The translations under genes were made by a program, and so were the position numbers. Source: Candidatus Omnitrophota bacterium (GTDB lineage: Bacteria; Omnitrophota; Gorgyraeia; Zapsychrales; JANLHA01). Taken from it: a DNA stretch of 64,000 nucleotides. Below are positions 60,371 to 64,000 of this stretch, one piece after another. Position 1 is the first letter of the stretch; each line of letters starts with the position of its first letter. The notes beneath the pieces are model-generated. The model was not told the origin of the DNA, did not search any database, and was given only the letters and a program-made list of their open reading frames with translations. The DNA lies in NCBI GenBank assembly GCA_023247795.1, contig JAHFFT010000003.1, positions 12,769 to 76,768 of the forward strand. Reading direction: 5' to 3'.

Positions 60371-61180
60371 ATGATCAATCGGATCAAGCAGAAATTTGTA
60401 GAATTGAAAAAATGGCAGAAGAAGGCGTTCATTGCTTATATCGCCGCCGGCGATCCCAACCTCGGGACCACGGTAGAGCTGGTTAAGGCCTTTGATCAAG
60501 CCGGGGTGGATATTGTTGAGCTGGGTGTTCCTTTTTCTGATCCGTTGGCCGACGGAACAACGATTCAGATGGCGTCGCAACGGGCGCTCAAGCAAGGAGT
60601 GACGATCAACAAAATTTTACAAATCGTTCAGCGAATCCGCCAAACCAGCCAGATTCCTATTGCTTTAATGACCTATTACAATCCAATTTTTCATTATGGA
60701 TTAGCCGCCTTTTTGAAGAAGGCCCGGCAGGCCGGTGTCGATGGAGTGATCGTGCCTGACCTTCCTCCAGAAGAAGGGCAGGACTTGATCAGAGAAGCAA
60801 AAAAATTTGATTTAGCGACGGTATTTTTTATTTCCCCAACGACCCAGGTCCATCGAATGGCCCGGATCGCCAAGGCCAGCACCGGATTTGTATATTATGT
60901 TTCCGTGACCGGCATCACCGGCGCGCGCCAAATTCTCCCAAAAGAGCTCATCGAGAATATCAAAAAAGCCAAACGCTTGACGGATAAACCGATTTGCGTT
61001 GGTTTCGGGGTTTCAACCCCTGAACAGGTCAAGCAATTGTCGCAAGCGGCCGACGGTGTCATTGTTGGAAGTGCAATCATTAAGCAGATTGAGAAACATC
61101 GCGGTAAGAAGGATTTGATCAAATCGGTTTCGCGTTTTGTTCAAGAGCTAGCCAAGCCTTTAAGAACACATGAAAGATAA
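60371..61180 (+). CDS. trpA: Tryptophan synthase alpha chain (alternative in-frame start at 60290)
   Basis: GDP, ELGVPFSDPLADG, YYVSVTGITG, GFGVS, GSAII; GAGGA before ATG 60371. Confidence 0.96.
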   Translation: MINRIKQKFVELKKWQKKAFIAYIAAGDPNLGTTVELVKAFDQAGVDIVELGVPFSDPLADGTTIQMASQRALKQGVTINKILQIVQRIRQTSQIPIALMTYYNPIFHYGLAAFLKKARQAGVDGVIVPDLPPEEGQDLIREAKKFDLATVFFISPTTQVHRMARIAKASTGFVYYVSVTGITGARQILPKELIENIKKAKRLTDKPICVGFGVSTPEQVKQLSQAADGVIVGSAIIKQIEKHRGKKDLIKSVSRFVQELAKPLRTHER

Positions 61181-62456
61181 TCCTTACAAACTAACTCTAT
61201 TGGATAATGGTCTGCGGGTTGTTACTCACCAAATGAAAGATCGGGTGAGTGTGGCGGTGGGGATTGGGATTGCCGCTGGCGGCCGTTATGAAAATGATGA
61301 GAACAAAGGGGTTGCCCACTTTCTTGAGCACATCCTTTTCAAGGGGAGCGAGCATTACAGTTGTTCAGCGATCAAGGAAGAGGTCGAGGGTGTTGGAGGA
61401 AGTCTCAATGCCTTTACTTCCGAGGAGCAAACCTGTTATTACGCGAAAGTCCCGGCGGCTTATCTGCACCGGAGTTTTGATGTCTTGGCTGATATGGTGA
61501 TCTCTCCGAAGATACCGAAGCCGGAGTTCGAAAAAGAACGCAACGTCATCCTCGAAGAAATCAAGATGTATCATGACTTACCACAGTACCAGGTCATGGA
61601 AATGCTCGACGAGCTGATGTGGCCGAATCAGCCTTTGGGGAAAAGTTTGGCCGGCACAGCGGAATCCGTGCAAATGCTTAAGCAGAAAGATTTGCGTCAT
61701 TTTCATCAAAGCCATTATGTGGCCAAGAATATTGTGGTGGCTGCTTGCGGTGCTGTAAATCACAATTCGTTTGTAACGGTTGTCCGGTCAAAATTCAAAG
61801 CGCTGCCGCGTGTGGATGTTCAGACCTTTTCGCCAGCGAGCATTTCCGACGGCAAACAAAGGTTACGAATTTTTACTAAAGAGATCGAGCAAACCCATTT
61901 AGCCTTTGGCGTTCCTGGGTTAGAAGAAAAGCACCCGGACCGTTATGTCTATTACCTATTGCACATCATTTTAGGCGGCAATATGTCCAGCCGGCTTTTT
62001 AATGAGGTCAGGGAAAAGCGCGGGTTGGCGTATTCGATCTCAAGCGGAATCAAGGCCCTCAGGGATACGGGTATGTTTTTGATCAGCGCCGGGGTGGATA
62101 AAGACAAGCTGGTGGATGCGGTTGAGGTGATTTTACAGCAGCTTAAAAAAATCGCAAAGTCAGGTGTTGAAAAAGATGAATTCAATCGCGCGAAAGAATT
62201 TTATTTGGGTCAAGTCCAGTTGAATTTGGAAAGTACCACCAATCAGCTGTTTTGGGCGGTGGGGATGATCATGATCGACGATGAGCTGCGCACGCTTTCA
62301 GACGTGGTCAAAGCGGTCAAGAAGATCACCGTGTCAGATGTCCAACGGGTGGCGAAAACGCTTTTTAAGGACGAGCGATACCGCCTGGCGGTCATCGGGC
62401 CCGTTAAGAAAGATCAGACCGAACAATTGGAAAAATTGTTCGCGGTTTCGCGTTGA
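61170..62456 (+). CDS. M16 family (pitrilysin-like) zinc peptidase
   Basis: HFLEH inverzincin motif, NAFT, SSRLFNEVREKRGLAY. Confidence 0.94.
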   Translation: MKDNPYKLTLLDNGLRVVTHQMKDRVSVAVGIGIAAGGRYENDENKGVAHFLEHILFKGSEHYSCSAIKEEVEGVGGSLNAFTSEEQTCYYAKVPAAYLHRSFDVLADMVISPKIPKPEFEKERNVILEEIKMYHDLPQYQVMEMLDELMWPNQPLGKSLAGTAESVQMLKQKDLRHFHQSHYVAKNIVVAACGAVNHNSFVTVVRSKFKALPRVDVQTFSPASISDGKQRLRIFTKEIEQTHLAFGVPGLEEKHPDRYVYYLLHIILGGNMSSRLFNEVREKRGLAYSISSGIKALRDTGMFLISAGVDKDKLVDAVEVILQQLKKIAKSGVEKDEFNRAKEFYLGQVQLNLESTTNQLFWAVGMIMIDDELRTLSDVVKAVKKITVSDVQRVAKTLFKDERYRLAVIGPVKKDQTEQLEKLFAVSR

Positions 62457-62471
62457 AATTTTTTTTTTAAA

Positions 62472-62500
62472 TTGACAAGATAATTTTTATCAGTTAGACT
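62472..62500 (+). promoter_or_regulatory. Near-consensus sigma70 promoter
   Basis: TTGACA (62472-62477), 17 bp, TAGACT (62495-62500); T-tract upstream. Confidence 0.8.
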
Positions 62501-62538
62501 CAGAACAAATTTAATTTTATAATCAACAGGAGGCACGA

Positions 62539-62709
62539 ATGGAAGAATTATCGTTTTACGATGTTAAGTCAAAGAAGAAATTCAACAGTTCAGAATACAG
62601 TGTGAAGCAAAAAAGTGGTCGTTTTTTTGCAGTCACAAAATCCAAAGCTGGTCCGCACGAATGCTGGCGCGTATTGAGCAAAGATCAAGCCGCAAAAATT
62701 AAAAAGTAG
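62539..62709 (+). CDS. 56-aa basic protein resembling crenarchaeal chromatin protein CC1 (not in the ORF track)
   Basis: AGGAGG (62528-62533) then ATG; MEELSFYDVKSKKKFNSSEYSVKQKSGRFFAVTKSKAGPHECWRVLSKDQAAKIKK; the CC1 similarity is from memory of the family. Confidence 0.8.
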   Translation: MEELSFYDVKSKKKFNSSEYSVKQKSGRFFAVTKSKAGPHECWRVLSKDQAAKIKK

Positions 62710-62724
62710 TCACTGGTAGGATTA

Positions 62725-63123
62725 TTGACAACACAAAGAAAAAGTCCTTCAACAAAAAGGGCAACCGCTACCGGGGCATCACTTAAATTAGCAAAGTCCA
62801 TTGCTGAGTTTGCGAATAACAAAAAGGCTTTCGATATCAAGATTCTTGATATGCGTAAAGTCGCAAACTTTTGTGACTTTTTTGTGTTGAGTTCTGGTAC
62901 GTCAACCCGGCAAGTCAAGGCCATTGCCGAAGGCATTGTAGAAGGGGTTGAGCAATCAGGAACAAGAGTTCGATTCAAGCAGGGAGTTTTAGAAGGACAT
63001 TGGGCCTTGATTGATTTAGGAACAGTCGTGGCTCATGTTTTTGATCAGGCTTCGCGTGAGTTTTACAGTCTCGATTATCTTTGGCAGGAAGCCAAGCAAG
63101 TCAGCATTGATTTGAAGAATTGA
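62725..63123 (+). CDS. rsfS: Ribosome silencing factor
   Basis: KKA.DI.ILD, D.FV..SG.S.RQV.AIA, W.LIDLG..V.HVF....R.FY.LD.LW; start uncertain. Confidence 0.94.
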   Translation: MTTQRKSPSTKRATATGASLKLAKSIAEFANNKKAFDIKILDMRKVANFCDFFVLSSGTSTRQVKAIAEGIVEGVEQSGTRVRFKQGVLEGHWALIDLGTVVAHVFDQASREFYSLDYLWQEAKQVSIDLKN

Positions 63124-63217
63124 AGCGATTCCACCCCACCGTAAGGAAAAAATTAGCCTGCAAATATTTTTGTACCCCGCAGTCCCTATTTTGTAAGAAA
63201 AAAATTAAAGGAATTTC

Positions 63218-64000
63218 ATGCCGGCCTTGAAAGAACAACTCTGTCAAATCATTGATCAGGTGCTGCAGCCACTTTTTCATTCCAAAGGTGGAGTTCCTGG
63301 ACTTCGGCCCGAAATCCGTTTAGAAGTGCCGAATGACAAACAGCACGGGGATCTTTCCACCAATGTCGCTATGCAGGCGAGCAAGATTTTTAGAGAGCCG
63401 CCGCTAGAGCTTGCAGCACAGTTTCAAAAGCTCATCCAAGAAAAAATCAGTCAGTCCCCATTGAGAGATCAGGTCGTTAAGATAGAGGTGAAGTCACCAG
63501 GGTTTATTAACTTCACCTTTTCCAATCAAGCGCTTTTTACATTTTTACAGGATGTTTTAACACAGGCCGGAAATTTTGGTCGTTCCAAGGTTGGTGGTGG
63601 CAAAAAAATTCAGATTGAATTTGTCAGCGCGAACCCAACGGGGCCGCTCAGTGTGGCCCACGCTCGGCAGGCCGCGGTTGGTGACGCGCTGGGAAATATT
63701 TTGAACTTTTTAGGTTTCGCGGTGACAAAAGAATACTATGTGAATGACGAGGGGAACCAGATCAACATGCTCGGGGAGTCGATCTTAGCGCGGGCAAAAG
63801 AAATTTTGGGTGAGCCGACTGCGATTCCGGAAAACGGTTATCAAGGCGAATACATTCGCGACATGGCGCAGGAATTCTTGCAGAAAAAAAATGTCAAAGA
63901 CCTCATCGGAGTGAAAAGGATTGTCCGGGCGGAATTTTCTAGATTCGGCGTTGAGTATCTCATGGCGATCATCAAAAGGGAGTTGAAAGATTTTGGTGTC
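63218..64000 (+). CDS. argS: Arginyl-tRNA synthetase, N-terminal part (runs off window end)
   Basis: Translation from ATG 63218 gives HGDLSTNVAM, PGFINF, IEFVSANPTGPLSVAHAR, EYYVND.G.Q. Confidence 0.95.
   Translation, partial: MPALKEQLCQIIDQVLQPLFHSKGGVPGLRPEIRLEVPNDKQHGDLSTNVAMQASKIFREPPLELAAQFQKLIQEKISQSPLRDQVVKIEVKSPGFINFTFSNQALFTFLQDVLTQAGNFGRSKVGGGKKIQIEFVSANPTGPLSVAHARQAAVGDALGNILNFLGFAVTKEYYVNDEGNQINMLGESILARAKEILGEPTAIPENGYQGEYIRDMAQEFLQKKNVKDLIGVKRIVRAEFSRFGVEYLMAIIKRELKDFGV

Overview
This 64-kb window is core chromosome from a diderm (LPS-making) bacterium; Candidatus Omnitrophota-like is my tentative inference from gene content and order. Every credible gene (about 60) lies on the + strand. 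The order is: LPS core/Kdo genes (4 GT9, GT4, hldE kinase, kdsBADC, lptC-lptA fusion, lptB), tig-clpP, serine and purine genes, uppS-cdsA-dxr-rseP, an orphan TadA/CpaF ATPase, proS-rimP-nusA-infB, trpS-scpA-ruvB-spoIID-queA-tgt-trmD-rplS-rnhB, fchA-folD, polA-glgA-coaE-rho-rpmE-prfA-prmC-murA, a trp operon split by a 5-gene insert, an M16 peptidase, rsfS and a partial argS. The most notable observations are four. (1) An unannotated 56-aa basic ORF (62539-62709) with a near-consensus promoter and strong RBS resembles the crenarchaeal chromatin protein CC1. (2) A c-di-GMP-I riboswitch carries a ~69-nt structured insertion in P3 and sits upstream of a secreted protein. (3) Heptamer arrays and REP-like palindromes recur at gene junctions, sometimes supplying stop codons, and one accompanies a duplicated trpA 5' end. 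(4) Several proteins are catalytically altered: Cys-less CcdA, a degenerate flavoprotein, and a probably monofunctional FolD next to FchA. I saw no rRNA, tRNA, CRISPR array or transposase. All calls come from reading the sequence; no searches were run.
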